A DNA stretch of 63,572 nt, counting the filler, from Thraustochytrium aureum (Eukaryota): NCBI GenBank assembly GCA_012862495.1. It is 6 parts of 5 records of this genome, joined end to end, with 100 filler letters (N's around TTAATTAATTAA, not from the genome) between each part and the next. Parts side by side here need not be neighbours in the genome. Positions count along the whole stretch, not along the records: positions 29,280 to 49,943 come from BLSG01000371.1; 5 more parts are not named here. One strand, 5' to 3'. Positions within the stretch are counted from its first letter, which is position 1. The number at the start of each line of letters is the position of its first letter. Position numbers and translations under genes: made by a program. A model generated the notes under the pieces. It ran no database searches. It was not told where the DNA came from and saw only the letters and a program-made list of their open reading frames with translations. Shown here piece after piece: positions 34,285-45,972 of the stretch.

Positions 34285-36974
34285 ATGACCGCCGTGTCGG
34301 CTCTCGGACCAGGCGATATCGCCGTCCTGGTGGGGTACTTTGGCCTCATCGGGCTGATCCTATGGGGCGTGAGCAGGCACCAGGCCAAAGCACCCCGCGA
34401 GTCCAGCACCGAGTCGTACTTTTTAGCCGAGCGCAGTGTGAGCTGGTGGGCCGTTGCAGCGTCGCTGTTTGCCTCGAATATCGGCTCTGAGCACTTTGTG
34501 GGGCTGGCGGGCGGCGCGGCCAGCACGGGCGTGGCAATGGGGTGGTTTGAAGTGGGCGCCATCCCGGTCCTGCTTGTGACGGGGCTCTTCTTCCTGCCGA
34601 CGTACCTGAACGCAAAGATCCAGACCACCCCAGACTACCTGGAGCGACGCTACAGCCTCTTTGCGCGCACCGTGATGGTCGCCGTTTCTCTTGGAATCTA
34701 CGTCTTTTCGCGGATCAGTGCCACNNNNNNNNNNNNNNNNNNNNNNNNNNNNNNNNNNNNNNNNNNNNNNNNNNNNNNNNNNNNNNNNNNNNNNNNNNNN
34801 NNNNNNNNNNNNNNNNNNNNNNNNNNNNNNNNNNNNNNNNNNNNNNNNNNNNNNNNNNNNNNNNNNNNNNNNNNNNNNNNNNNNNNNNNNNNNNNNNNNN
34901 NNNNNNNNNNNNNNNNNNNNNNNNNCACGGAGCTCGTCAACATTAACAAAACTGCTGGCCGTGGTCCTTCTCGTCACCTTCACGGCCTTATACACAGTAC
35001 TCGGCGGGCTGGAGGCCGTCATCTACACCGAGGCGCTCCAGACGGGCGTGCTCCTCGTCGGCGGCATGATGATGCTTTTCTACGCGCTTTCCGCTGTCGA
35101 CGGCTTCGGGGGCCTCGTGGAATCGCTGCACGGGATGCCGGATGTGCCCGACGACTTTTTGCACTTTTTCCGCCCCGTCTCGGACCCTGTCACGCCCTGG
35201 ACCGGGTTTGTGTTTGGCTACTACGTGTATGTGCCCTGGTACTTTGGCGTGGACCAAGTTATTGTGCAGCGCGCGCTGGCCGCCAAGGACGTGGCGCACG
35301 GCCAGCTGGGCTGCGTCGTCGCGGCGTGCCTAAAGTTTATTCCGTACGTTGGGTGGTTTCGCTTTGGCTTTGCTGGCCATCGCGCGCGCGCACAGACGGC
35401 TTGCTCGGTGCCCGCGCTTTGCTTTTTCGCCGTTTTGCCTCGCTTTACTAACTTGGGCGTTGTATTTCTAGGTTTTTCATCATGGTCGTGCCTGGCCTGT
35501 GCGCGCGTGTGCTGATCTCGGAACGGCTCGGCCCCGAGGAGGCGGCCGAGTTCAAGTACGATCAGGCCTACCCGTGGCTTGTAATCAACGTGATCCCGCG
35601 CAACATGCGTGGCCTCATCGTGTCCGCAATGCTTTCGTCGCTCATGTCGGCCCTGGCGAGTGTGTTCAACTCTGCAGGCACGCTGTTTGCCCTCAACATT
35701 TGGCGACAGGCCTACCCCGAAGCCAGCGAGCAGCGACTCGTGCTGGTTGGTCGAGGCACGGTCGTGGCGCTCGCACTCGTTGCGCTGGCGTGGCTCCCTG
35801 TTATGCCGCTCCTTGGCAACTCGCTCTTCACCATTATCAACAAGCCGCCGGCGTACTTGGCGCCGCCAATTTTCTGCCTGTACCTTTGGGGCATGCTGTC
35901 AGTGACGCCTACGCGGCGCGCGGGCGAGTGGACGCTCATCGTGGGCATCGCGCTTGGCGCGTTGCGTTTTGTGCTCGAGATTCTGGAGGACGTGGCAGAG
36001 ACAAAGATGTTCGGCCCGTTCACGAGCGTCAACTACCTTCACTTTGCTGCGTTCAGCTTTGTCTTTAACTCGGTGTTGCTCTTCGCGCTTTCGTTCGCGC
36101 TGCGTCGCGGTCTCATGCCTGCCCGGACTGGCGTCGAGCGGGGTCAAGGTCCCAGTAGCACGGGTTCTGCCGACGTAGACCGCAGCCTGCTCTTCCGCAA
36201 GTCGTTGTTTCAAGAGCTCATGGAAAAGCCCGCGGTTCCCGACCCGCACGAGTCGCCTGCGCCGCCTCGACCGACCGGCGTAAACGGCAGTACGGCCCAC
36301 GGCGCTTCGGGCCAATCTGTAGACGACAGCTTTGGCNNNNNNNNNNNNNNNNNNNNNNNNNNNNNNNNNNNNNNNNNNNNNNNNNNNNNNNNNNNNNNNN
36401 NNNNNNNNNNNNNNNNNNNNNNNNNNNNNNNNNNNNNNNNNNNNNNNNNNNNNNNNNNNNNNNNNNNNNNNNNNNNNNNNNNNNNNNNNNNNNNNNNNNN
36501 NNNNNNNNNNNNNNNNNNNNNNNNNNNNNNNNNNNNNNNNNNNNNNNNNNNNNNNNNNNNNNNNNNNNNNNNNNNNNNNNNNNNNNNNNNNNNNNNNNNN
36601 NNNNNNNNNNNNNNNNNNNNNNNNNNNNNNNNNNNNNNNNNNNNNNNNNNNNNNNNNNNNNNNNNNNNNNNNNNNNNNNNNNNNNNNNNNNNNNNNNNNN
36701 NNNNNNNNGGGCCGAGTTCCAGCTCACCGACAGCCCCAGAAGCGGCGCGGCGCGCGGCGCCTTGCAGGGCGAAGAGGTGGAGGGCGGCGGCCTGCTCGGC
36801 AGCATCCAGTCGCCAGCTGACTCGTCCGGCTTGCGGCGCCGCCTGTCGTCCGCGGAGCAGGACATTATTGTCAGCAAGGCGAGTCACGGCACGTGCCTGC
36901 GCGAGCGGCCCATCCTACTTTTCTCTGCCGCGGTGTTCCTGGTTTGGGCGGTTCAGGTCATTGTCCTCGCGTGA
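34285..36974 (+). CDS. Sodium:solute symporter (SLC5, SGLT/SMIT-like); intron 35344-35471; gaps
   Basis: YFLAERS, SLFASNIGSEHFVGLAG, YTVLGGLEAVIYTE, DQVIVQRALAAK, SLMSALASVFNS. The GT..CTAAC..AG intron restores KFIPFFIMVVPG. Confidence 0.92.
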
Positions 36975-37158
36975 ACGCCAAGGCTCCTCGTGCGCAGCAC
37001 GAATTTTCGCATTCACAGCGCACGAATTTTTCGCATCGGTTGGCAAGCAAAAGTCGGAGGTCGGGACGGGCGCCCCGCGGGCAGATCTTTTTTTCTCTCT
37101 CTCTTCGCGAGATACCTACCTAAAGGCCTCAGCCCGCTCCGCTCAGCCGCGTGGCCCG

Positions 37159-37941
37159 TTACTCCTCGCGCGCCGGGATCCTGCCGTACGCGTACATGAT
37201 CACCTTGCGGCGGTCCTTGGCCGAGAAAGTGAGCAGCTCAGGCAAAAAGTCGATGGTCTGGTTCGGGTACTGGGGTCTGAACTCATAGGAGACCTCCTCG
37301 GTGATCGAGCGCGGCGGAAACATAAATTCGTAAAAGATCACCTGCCCGTTGTACGAGCCTTGGATGAACTCGGGGTCGACCCAGTCCTCTTGCGGCGGCA
37401 GCGTCGCGGCGTTTCGCGTCCAGTGCAGGCCCATGTTCCTGACGCCGGACCCGTCCGCCTCAAGCCCCTCGTGAAAGTTGTCCGTGTCGGGCAGGACGAA
37501 GAATTCATCGTTGGCGCAAATAAAGCTTGGCGCGTTCGGCGGGGTCGTGCAGACCATGTCAGTGCGCGGGTCGATCTCCTCCGAGTGGTGCCAGTGCACG
37601 TCAAAGTGCGGAATGGTCCAAATGCCTGCGGGGGGGTGTCCGCATGGGTTCCAGTCGACCTCGAGCAGATGCACGCCCGTGAGCTCGCGTACCCGCTTGC
37701 TGGCCTCCAAGTATGTTACTTGGGGAGCAGCATTCGTGGGGCCGTCTGGGCCAATCGCGCAATCCTCCAGGCCCCGCGGCATCGTCATCACCGTCCTGAG
37801 TTCGTAGTACGGGCCGAGGGTTTTGACTGTCATCCTCAGCGAGTTTTCGACCTTGCGAATCGCTCGCGACGCGTCTGCGGCCCCAGCGCTTGCAAAAGCG
37901 CCGACTGCGCAAGCCAGCGCGAGCGTGCTGATGCCAACCAT
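37159..37941 (-). CDS. Secreted DUF5602/TTHB210-like His-motif protein
   Basis: Signal peptide; VDWNPCGHPPAGIWTIPHFDVHW, MGLHW, FIQGSYNGQVIFYEFM. Confidence 0.7.
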   Translation of the reverse strand: MVGISTLALACAVGAFASAGAADASRAIRKVENSLRMTVKTLGPYYELRTVMTMPRGLEDCAIGPDGPTNAAPQVTYLEASKRVRELTGVHLLEVDWNPCGHPPAGIWTIPHFDVHWHHSEEIDPRTDMVCTTPPNAPSFICANDEFFVLPDTDNFHEGLEADGSGVRNMGLHWTRNAATLPPQEDWVDPEFIQGSYNGQVIFYEFMFPPRSITEEVSYEFRPQYPNQTIDFLPELLTFSAKDRRKVIMYAYGRIPAREE

Positions 37942-39055
37942 GATGTGTGCGAGACAAGCCAAAACCTATCTTCGTGGCGCGAGACCCGGAGCCCTGCTTG
38001 GTGTTTGGCGGCGATTGGTGTTTGGTGGCGTTTGGTGTTTGGTGTTTTGGTCGCCGCCAAGATCGAGGAGTGAGGAAGTACTACTAGTAGGCAAACAAGT
38101 GCTGAGGGCAGCGGGCTGCAGGAGGACTCGAATGTGGTAGAGCCCCCTCACCATCCTGATGAATCTCATCATCTCCTTAGAACCCCTCAAACTTGCGCAT
38201 TGCGCAACGTCGAGTGGATCAGCTGCAACTCCGTACTCACCACTCACCATCCTCGCACAGGGCTAGCACACGCAAGCGCAGAGAGCCAGGAACTTGTCAA
38301 GCCAATCTCCGAGTCGAGCTTGCAGGCCAACTTGAACTTTCGCCGCCCGCGGCGTCCGAGCTGAGTTTAGGGCCTTCGAGCAGCCATCGCCTCTTTCCTC
38401 CCCCATCCTTCGCTCTCTCATCAGGCGCGCCAACGAGCTGTCCAGCAGGTCGAGCAGCCGTCATCCAACACGCGCCGCGACTGCAATTCGAGAGCCTTGT
38501 CGTCCAAAGTTGAGACCGGTTTTCTCTACGAAGCTACTCTAGAGTACCACTTGATCTGGAGGACTCTCGCTGGAGCTCGAGAGGCCGGCGGTTCAAAGGC
38601 AACGCTTCGCGCGCGTCGAGGGCGCCTGGCCATCCTTCGCACCAAGTCGAACGCGCTCGTGGCCGACTTGCCGACGCTGAACGATCGATCGGTCGACCAG
38701 CAAGGAAGTCGGTCAGCATGATCGTGAGCCGAGCCGCGATACTCCACACATCATGTTGCAAAACGCACACTGTAGCTAGCCTGCTGAAGAAAAGAACAAA
38801 GGGGCTTCGCTCCTAATTACCGTTGTGGGTTGCTTTCTCGCGAGTGTCTTTGGCTCGCTTTTGATTGATCGATCGAGATGGCTCGCAATAGATTTACGCG
38901 CCCGGGCGCCCCTTGCTCGCGCGCCAGCCGCGCAGACTCAGGCGTTGCGTGCGATACAAGGTGGAGCGCAGCGCCACGTTGCGGTGGCGGCAGGGCTCGA
39001 TCGGACTCCAGACTCTGGACGGACGTGACTCGCTCGGTCTTCGCGACGGCGAAGA

Positions 39056-39842
39056 ATGAAACGCTCCGGGCTCGGCAAGCCGCAGGCCGCTGCTGCGGAC
39101 GGCGCGGAGGNNNNNNNNNNNNNNNNNNNNNNNNNNNNNNNNNNNNNNNNNNNNNNNNNNNNNNNNNNNNNNNNNNNNNNNNNNNNNNNNNNNNNNNNNN
39201 NNNNNNNNNNNNNNNNNNNNNNNNNNNNNNNNNNNNNNNNNNNNNNNNNNNNNNNNNNNNNNNNNNNNNNNNNNNNNNNNNNNNNNNNNNNNNNNNNNNN
39301 NNNNNNNNNNNNNNNNNNNNNNNNNNNGGCGCGGAGGAGGGGAAGAAGGAGTGCCGCATCGATACTGTGCGGCCAGGTGACTGCGCCAACTACCCGCGCG
39401 CTGGGGACTCGGTTTGCATTCACTACGTTGGGTAAGTGCGCGCCAATTGGTGCGCCACGGCGCGCCGCTCGCACACTGACGGGTGGGATCGCACAGGTAC
39501 CTCGCGAAGGACAACTCCGTGTTTGACTCGAGCCGCGCGAGAGAGCGATCGCTTATCTTTCAGCTGGGCGAAAGGCGACTCATTCCCGGCCTCGAGGAGT
39601 CCATTCCGCTCATGAGCCGTGGCCAAGTGGCGCGCATACACGTCCCATACATCAAGGCCTACGGCGTGACCGGCTACCCACCAATGTGAGTTTTTGCCTG
39701 GCGGCTGTGCCGCGAAGTGCGCCCTGGACACTTGGACGGGCCGTGCTGACGCGCTCTCGTGCGCTTTGGTGCTGCTGCTGCAAGTGTCCCGCCTGAGAGC
39801 GATCTGATCTTCGAGGTCGAGCTCCTCTCGTTCACCCACTAG
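39056..39842 (+). CDS. FKBP-type peptidyl-prolyl isomerase; introns 39432-39496 and 39686-39784
   Basis: Spliced product GDSVCIHYVGYLAKDNSVFDSSR...FQLG..RLIPGLEE...AYGVTGYPPIVPPESDLIFEVELL. Start is uncertain because of a gap. Confidence 0.9.
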
Positions 39843-40589
39843 AGCCAGCCAAGGCAGATGGCATCGCACCCTGCCACCACACAGTCTGCCGTCGCTAGAG
39901 TAGAGTTACCATCACCTCTTTGGACTCGCCGGAGGAGGATGAGTCGTCATATTTGCTCTCCCCTGAACAGAGCGCGCCGAGGGTCCGAAGCCCGGGCCGA
40001 CGGACAAGAAAGCCGCCTCGGCCGACCCGACTCGAGTACCCGCGAGTAGTTCACGCATCGGCCCTGGGCTCATGCCCTCGTCGGCAAACAAGCGCGGCAT
40101 CATGGTGCGAGCAACGCCTCAGTCAGGCTGACCGGACTCAGGCCTACCCTGTCGCCCTCCGAGCTCCTTGCACCTCAAGAGCCGCCGTCCAGCAGGAATC
40201 GTAAGAGTCGCAATTTGATCCGCAAATTGGCGCTCGCCCACCCGGCAACCCCACAGGCATCAGTCCATCGGTCAATCATCCGGGCTCCGAGAGGGACGGC
40301 GCCCAAGCGAAGTTCTCGAGCCATGACAACCATGAGCCAGCCGCGAGGTGCCAGCCACGACGAGAAGGCCTACCTACTTCGGATGATTGATCAGATACCC
40401 AAACTCAACTTTAGAGTACTACAGTACTTCCAGTCGCGGCGGCCCCCGCCCCGAAACGCACCATCTTGACGCGCGCGGTCAAGCTGCCAGTGGTCTTGGC
40501 GACTAGCTGATGGGAGTGTGTCTTGACTCCCTCATCACTTGGCCCCTCTCCCTCTCTGCGAGTCGCCCTCTCCTCTAGCTAGTGCAAAG

Positions 40590-40680
40590 CAGCCAGCCAG
40601 CCAGCCAGCCGGCCTGCCTGCCAGCCACCAACCAGCTCGCCCGAGCCAGCCAGCCTGCCAGCCTGCCTGCCTGCCAGCCC
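40590..40680. repeat. (GCCA/GCCT)n microsatellite
   Basis: Read directly; possibly intronic. Confidence 0.8.
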
Positions 40681-40681
40681 G

Positions 40682-41325
40682 GTGGTCCAGGTTGACCCGG
40701 CAGACCAGGACGACCTCGAGCGGCCCATACCGCGTGCCGTCGCGCGCAGAGCTGCCACGAAGGCGCCGAGGCCGTGGTCGAAGTGGCGCTGCCGCAGAGC
40801 AGAGTACACCAACTCACCAGCTATGTGGTGGAGGCTTACTCCTCGCGTTGCTGCTGGGGCCGACCAGGTCGATAGGACGCACAACGCCGCGCTGCTCAGC
40901 GACGCCACAAACACGCTGCGCGGCGCTGTTGAAGACTGCTCCACAAGACCTCGGACTCCTGGTGAAGGAGACCAGGACTGTGGCGAAGGGAACTCCAGTG
41001 CGGCCCAGACGACGGAGACGCGAGCGGGCCGCAAGGCGGGAAACCTGCCTGATGGCGCGGCCAAACTCGTCGTGGCCACGACGTTCGTGACGGTGGAGCC
41101 GCCTTGTATGCCGCCGTCGGCTTTGGTCCCTGCGGCAGCGCAGTGCGCCGTGCCAACGCCGGGCCTGCGCCAATACCAGCGTCAGGAGGCAAGCAACGTA
41201 CCTGCAACTTGTGCTCGTCCGGCGCCAACACTCGCATTATCGGGTCGCTTGCAGGAACCAGCTGCAGGGCCAAACTGCCCAACAACGACCTGCGCGGTGG
41301 AGGACCAGCCAACTCTTCCACCGCG

Positions 41326-41361
<36 letters not shown>

Positions 41362-43738
41362 CCGCACTGCGATTGTAGAGTCGCTGCACGACGAGGCGAC
41401 GGTCGCCGCCGCCGGAGTGAGGCAAGGCAATCGGCAGCAGCAGCAGCAGCAGCAACCACCAAAACAGCAAACAGAAGAAAACACAGCGACATTCCAGGAC
41501 GTGGGCGCCGAGTCCGCTCCGAGCAGCGCAGACACCGCAACAAGCGGCGCAGAGTCCGCATCCAACAGCACAGGCGTTTTGGAGGATCCAGATCGGGACG
41601 CGACCAACTCGGTGGGGTCCAATCGAGACTCGGTCTCTCTCGTGCTGAGCAACGAGGACATGGTGACGCCTCAGTCGCTGCGCATGAGGCAAGACTGCCA
41701 CTCGGGCTTGAACGGTCGCGTGTGGCAGGCCATGCCCGATAATGCCTCGCGCGTTGAGAATGGCCTGCGCCGCACAAACCGGCAGCGCAAGCGGCGGGCG
41801 CTCTTCGAGGAAGAGGACCTCAGCCCGAGCGCAGTTCGCGTCCGTCAGCTGGGCAGAAACTGCATGAGCGTAAGCGCATCGGTGGGCATCCGACCCGTGC
41901 AGGACGACGCGCTGATCTGCACGCTGACTTCAAACAAGAAGCGGCGAAAAAACAAGAGTGGGAGGCCCACCGACGAGCTACCCGTCATCCCGAAGGGCTG
42001 CGAGTGCGAGCTTGTTTGGTCCTCGCGCTGGCGGTTCGTGGACAAGCTGGACGCGCAGTGCGAGCGAAGCGCGGAGCAGCTCATTGAGGAGGAGCTTGAG
42101 CGCGTCGTGCTGCCCCGGCAAAAGGACTTTTACGCGGTCCTGGTCCAGGGCGAGGCAAGAAAGACCCAAGCCGAGCACCTCTATTTAGTCACGTCAGACA
42201 TCTCGGACGCTGGGCCCGAGGCCACCTTTGAGGTGGGCCCCGTCATCGAAGGCGAGTTTCTGGTGAGCGGCAAGCTGCACCTGACCATGCCGCAGACGAT
42301 GGAGCCCGGCACTTACCACCTGGAGCTGGGGAGCCCCGTGTCAAACGTGGCTTGCAGCACGCCGCGGTTCCAGGCGTCCGAGGCGTTCGGCCAGGTCGAC
42401 CTTACCAAGGTAGGCCCATGGTGCATCTGCGGCTGCGTCCGCTCCCTCGACGAGGTAGGGTAGCGGCACGACTTTGTCAGGTCGCACCCCGATCGAGTGG
42501 GTGGCGTGCTCCACGTGCCACTCTTGGCACCACTTCAAGTGCTACGAGATCGGAGTCATCGCCAAGGGCACCTCGCCGTTCGCTTCGACAGAGCTGGCGC
42601 TCATCGGGCACCTCCCGGGGACACCGCTGCCTGTGGACGATTCGGAATTTACGTAAGTGTGTTGTTTGCGCGCGCCGTTTGCGGCAGCGCGCTGCTCTGC
42701 TGGCTGGCGTCCGCGGCGATCGGGGCCAAGACTCGCTGACTTGTTTGCCAATCGCCCTCGCGCGCGCTACCTCTGCGGCCGCCTTTGTTTACTGCTACGT
42801 CAATCCAAAGCTGCTGGTGGTGCTTTCGCTACGAAGACCACCTGGAGGCGCTGGACGTCAAGGACCTCGCCTCGTGCGCCAAACGCTTCGAGGCGAGCAC
42901 TGACGTCTCGCGACGCTACCGGTCCGTTTCGCGGCTCCCGCTACCCGATCAGCGCATGTGGGCGCTCGGCATGCTCGAGACCGAGCGCGTCGAGCGCATC
43001 AGGTCGATGATCAAGCGCTCCTCTGGCGGATACTTTCGCAAGCGGGTCGACCGTGACGGCAACTCGATCGGTAAGCGCCAGTACTGCACGCCAAACCACG
43101 TCGTCTGCTTTCTCGAGACTCTGGTGCGCATCCTGCAGACTAGCGGCGCCAAGGGGCTCCGGGATTTTGCGCACCGGTGCCAGGCTTCGCCTGAGGAATC
43201 GCTGCCGCCGCCGCCGCCGTTGACGTGCATCGATCTCGGCGCCGGCACCGGCGCACTCACCAATGTGCTGCCGCGCAACTCGCTCGCCATCGAAAAAGAA
43301 GCAAGCCGAGTCGCCAAGGGCGTGGCCAACGTGCCGGGCTGCCAGTGGCTCGAGGCAGATGTCATGGACCGCGATGTGTACTCGCAGCTCTTCAACCAGT
43401 ACGACTTGGTGGTTTCAAACCCCGACTTTGAGGTCGCGCTCAACTTTCTCGTCGTCGCCCACCACGCGCTTCGCCGTGACAATCCCGAGGCGCGGATCGT
43501 CTTCCTCTTGCCGAGCGACTTCTTCGAGGCGTCCGTGCTGCGCACGCGCATCTTTAAAGTGCTCCCGATCGCGGTGGAGCTCGAGTTCAAGCTGGGCCAT
43601 ATCGACTACCTCGAGCATGAAGAGGGCACGGGTGCCAAGCGCTCTGTGGACTCTCTCTTCGTCTTCAAGCGCGACGCGGAGCGCTCGGAAAAGTTCGTGC
43701 ACACCCTCGTCAATGCCAGGCTCGCAGGAATGCTGTGA
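40682..43738 (+). CDS. PHD finger + N6-adenine DNA methyltransferase-like protein (indel at ~42459; intron 42653-42810; possible first exon 40323-40415)
   Basis: PHD C4HC3: WCICGC..WVACSTCHSWHHFKC..FTCWWC (after splicing). MTase: QYCTP, IDLGAGTG, AIE, EADV, VVSNPDF, FLLPSDFFE...R. Confidence 0.75.
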
Positions 43739-43947
43739 CCGTCCGTCCACCTGCGGATCGCTCGAGGTCCGCGTCCGCGATCTCGGATGAGGAGGCGGTC
43801 AAGAGACCATCGCACGAGCGCCGAGTCAAGTGGGCCAGACAAACCAGACCCTCCCTCCCCCTCTCCCTTACCACCACCACCAGCACTTCCTCCTTCTCTT
43901 CTGAGCGAGTCAAGTAAACGCCGGAGCGACGCACAGGTGGGGGCAAG

Positions 43948-44889
43948 TCACGCCTCCCGCTCCCACTGCAGACGGCCGACGCACGGCCCCCACACGTCGG
44001 CCTGCCACACCGGGGCAGCTGCCTTGCATATTTGGGTCACCTGCTGGGGCGTGTATGGGTTGATACGGCCCTTGCTAGAACGCCGAAACGACCCGTCAAC
44101 GTCGCGCATGACGCACTTCAGAGACTCGTCAGGGTCTGGCAGTGTCACTGCGCGCAGGAAATGGTCACGGATGGCGGAGAACAGCACGCGGGACTCCTCC
44201 CGAAACTCCGCAACAAACAGCTCAAAGTATGTGACATAAGTGATGCGCCCACGCTTGTCGCGCCACTCGCGCCCGGCCACGTGCTTGGCCATGTAAAAGT
44301 TGACGTGCTCCAACCAACCGCGAAGCTTATCGCTGACAAACGCGGGCCAGGCCGGCCCTGCGAAACTCGAGGCACTCACCTGGGCCGTGTGGTTGAGGTT
44401 GGATTCGATGCGGTTGAATTCGGCCACGATGGCATCGAACGGGCTTCGTAGCACCAGCAACGACCCAGTCGCCCGCGCGAGGTCGCCCGTCTTGCGAGTG
44501 GGAATCACTGCCTTGGTCCTGGGGTTCGTCCAACAACCGCGGCAGGGAAAGTGGGTCTTCACCACGAGCACAGACTGATCAGACTTGCCCTCTGCTGGGA
44601 AGCGGGTGAGCAAGGACTTGTCGTTGTACATGGACCCAGTGTACACTCGGGTGCCTTCCTGAATGACGTGGCGAATCCAGGTGTTGCCTGAGCCGGGAAA
44701 CGATGCAAGCTGCATCGGAGCGACCGCCGTTTGCCGAGCGTACGAGATCGGTTGCGAGCAAACCGGGGCCGGCTCGTCGAGTCGACTAGTCTCCGTCTCG
44801 CCACTGTCGCCAACTCCAGCCTCCAGGGATCCCCCAGCCCGCTCGTGCCGGAGCTGGACCTGCTCTGCCGCTCTCACGGAGCCATCCAC
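43948..44889 (-). CDS. WSCD-family sulfotransferase (5' end in gap)
   Basis: LASFPGSGNTWIRHVIQEGT..YTGSMYND, VKTH, LRSPFDAIVAEFNR (PAPS-binding motifs). Confidence 0.85.
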   Translation of the reverse strand: MDGSVRAAEQVQLRHERAGGSLEAGVGDSGETETSRLDEPAPVCSQPISYARQTAVAPMQLASFPGSGNTWIRHVIQEGTRVYTGSMYNDKSLLTRFPAEGKSDQSVLVVKTHFPCRGCWTNPRTKAVIPTRKTGDLARATGSLLVLRSPFDAIVAEFNRIESNLNHTAQVSASSFAGPAWPAFVSDKLRGWLEHVNFYMAKHVAGREWRDKRGRITYVTYFELFVAEFREESRVLFSAIRDHFLRAVTLPDPDESLKCVMRDVDGSFRRSSKGRINPYTPQQVTQICKAAAPVWQADVWGPCVGRLQWEREA

Positions 44890-45972
44890 NNNNNNNNNNN
44901 NNNNNNNNNNNNNNNNNNNNNNNNNNNNNNNNNNNNNNNNNNNNNNNNNNNNNNNNNNNNNNNNNNNNNNNNNNNNNNNNNNNNNNNNNNNNNNNNNNNN
45001 NNNNNNNNNNNNNNNNNNNNNNNNNNNNNNNNNNNNNNNNNNNNNNNNNNNNNNNNNNNNNNNNNNNNNNNNNNNNNNNNNNNNNNNNNNNNNNNNNNNN
45101 NNNNNNNNNNNNNNNNNNNNNNNNNNNNNNNNNNNNNNNNNNNNNNNNNNNNNNNNNNNNNNNNNNNNNNNNNNNNNNNNNNNNNNNNNNNNNNNNNNNN
45201 NNNNNNNNNNNNNNNNNNNNNNNNNNNNNNNNNNNNNNNNNNNNNNNNNNNNNNNNNNNNNNNNNNNNNNNNNNNNNNNNNNNNNNNNNNNNNNNNNNNN
45301 NNNNNNNNNNNNNNNNNNNNNNNNNNNNNNNNNNNNNNNNNNNNNNNNNNNNNNNNNNNNNNNNNNNNNNNNNNNNNNNNNNNNNNNNNNNNNNNNNNNN
45401 NNNNNNNNNNNNNNNNNNNNNNNNNNNNNNNNNNNNNNNNNNNNNNNNNNNNNNNNNNNNNNNNNNNNNNNNNNNNNNNNNNNNNNNNNNNNNNNNNNNN
45501 NNNNNNNNNNNNNNNNNNNNNNNNNNNNNNNNNNNNNNNNNNNNNNNNNNNNNNNNNNNNNNNNNNNNNNNNNNNNNNNNNNNNNNNNNNNNNNNNNNNN
45601 NNNNNNNNNNNNNNNNNNNNNNNNNNNNNNNNNNNNNNNNNNNNNNNNNNNNNNNNNNNNNNNNNNNNNNNNNNNNNNNNNNNNNNNNNNNNNNNNNNNN
45701 NNNNNNNNNNNNNNNNNNCAGCTGGCTCGCTGGGAGGGCGGTTGCTGCCGTGCGCCTTGGCCTCTGCGTGGGCTGAGCTCTTGTTTGGGTTCGCAAGGGT
45801 GCGCTCGCCGCGTGGCTCGCTCGCGCCTGGCGGTGGCGGGCCGGGCTAGATCGCCGGCGCGTTCGGCCAGAGTCTGACGACCGTGCGCGGCCGCAGGAAG
45901 AGCGCCCAAGCGCTAGCGCGCGCTGAGTCGAGTCTGCGCGATCCTCCGCGCGTGCGGGCTGCGAGCAGCAAG

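Noticed and set aside
29306..37941. Biosynthetic gene cluster of the triple enzyme, SLC5 transporter and DUF5602 protein
   Set aside because: They share a scaffold, but there is no evidence of functional linkage beyond adjacency.
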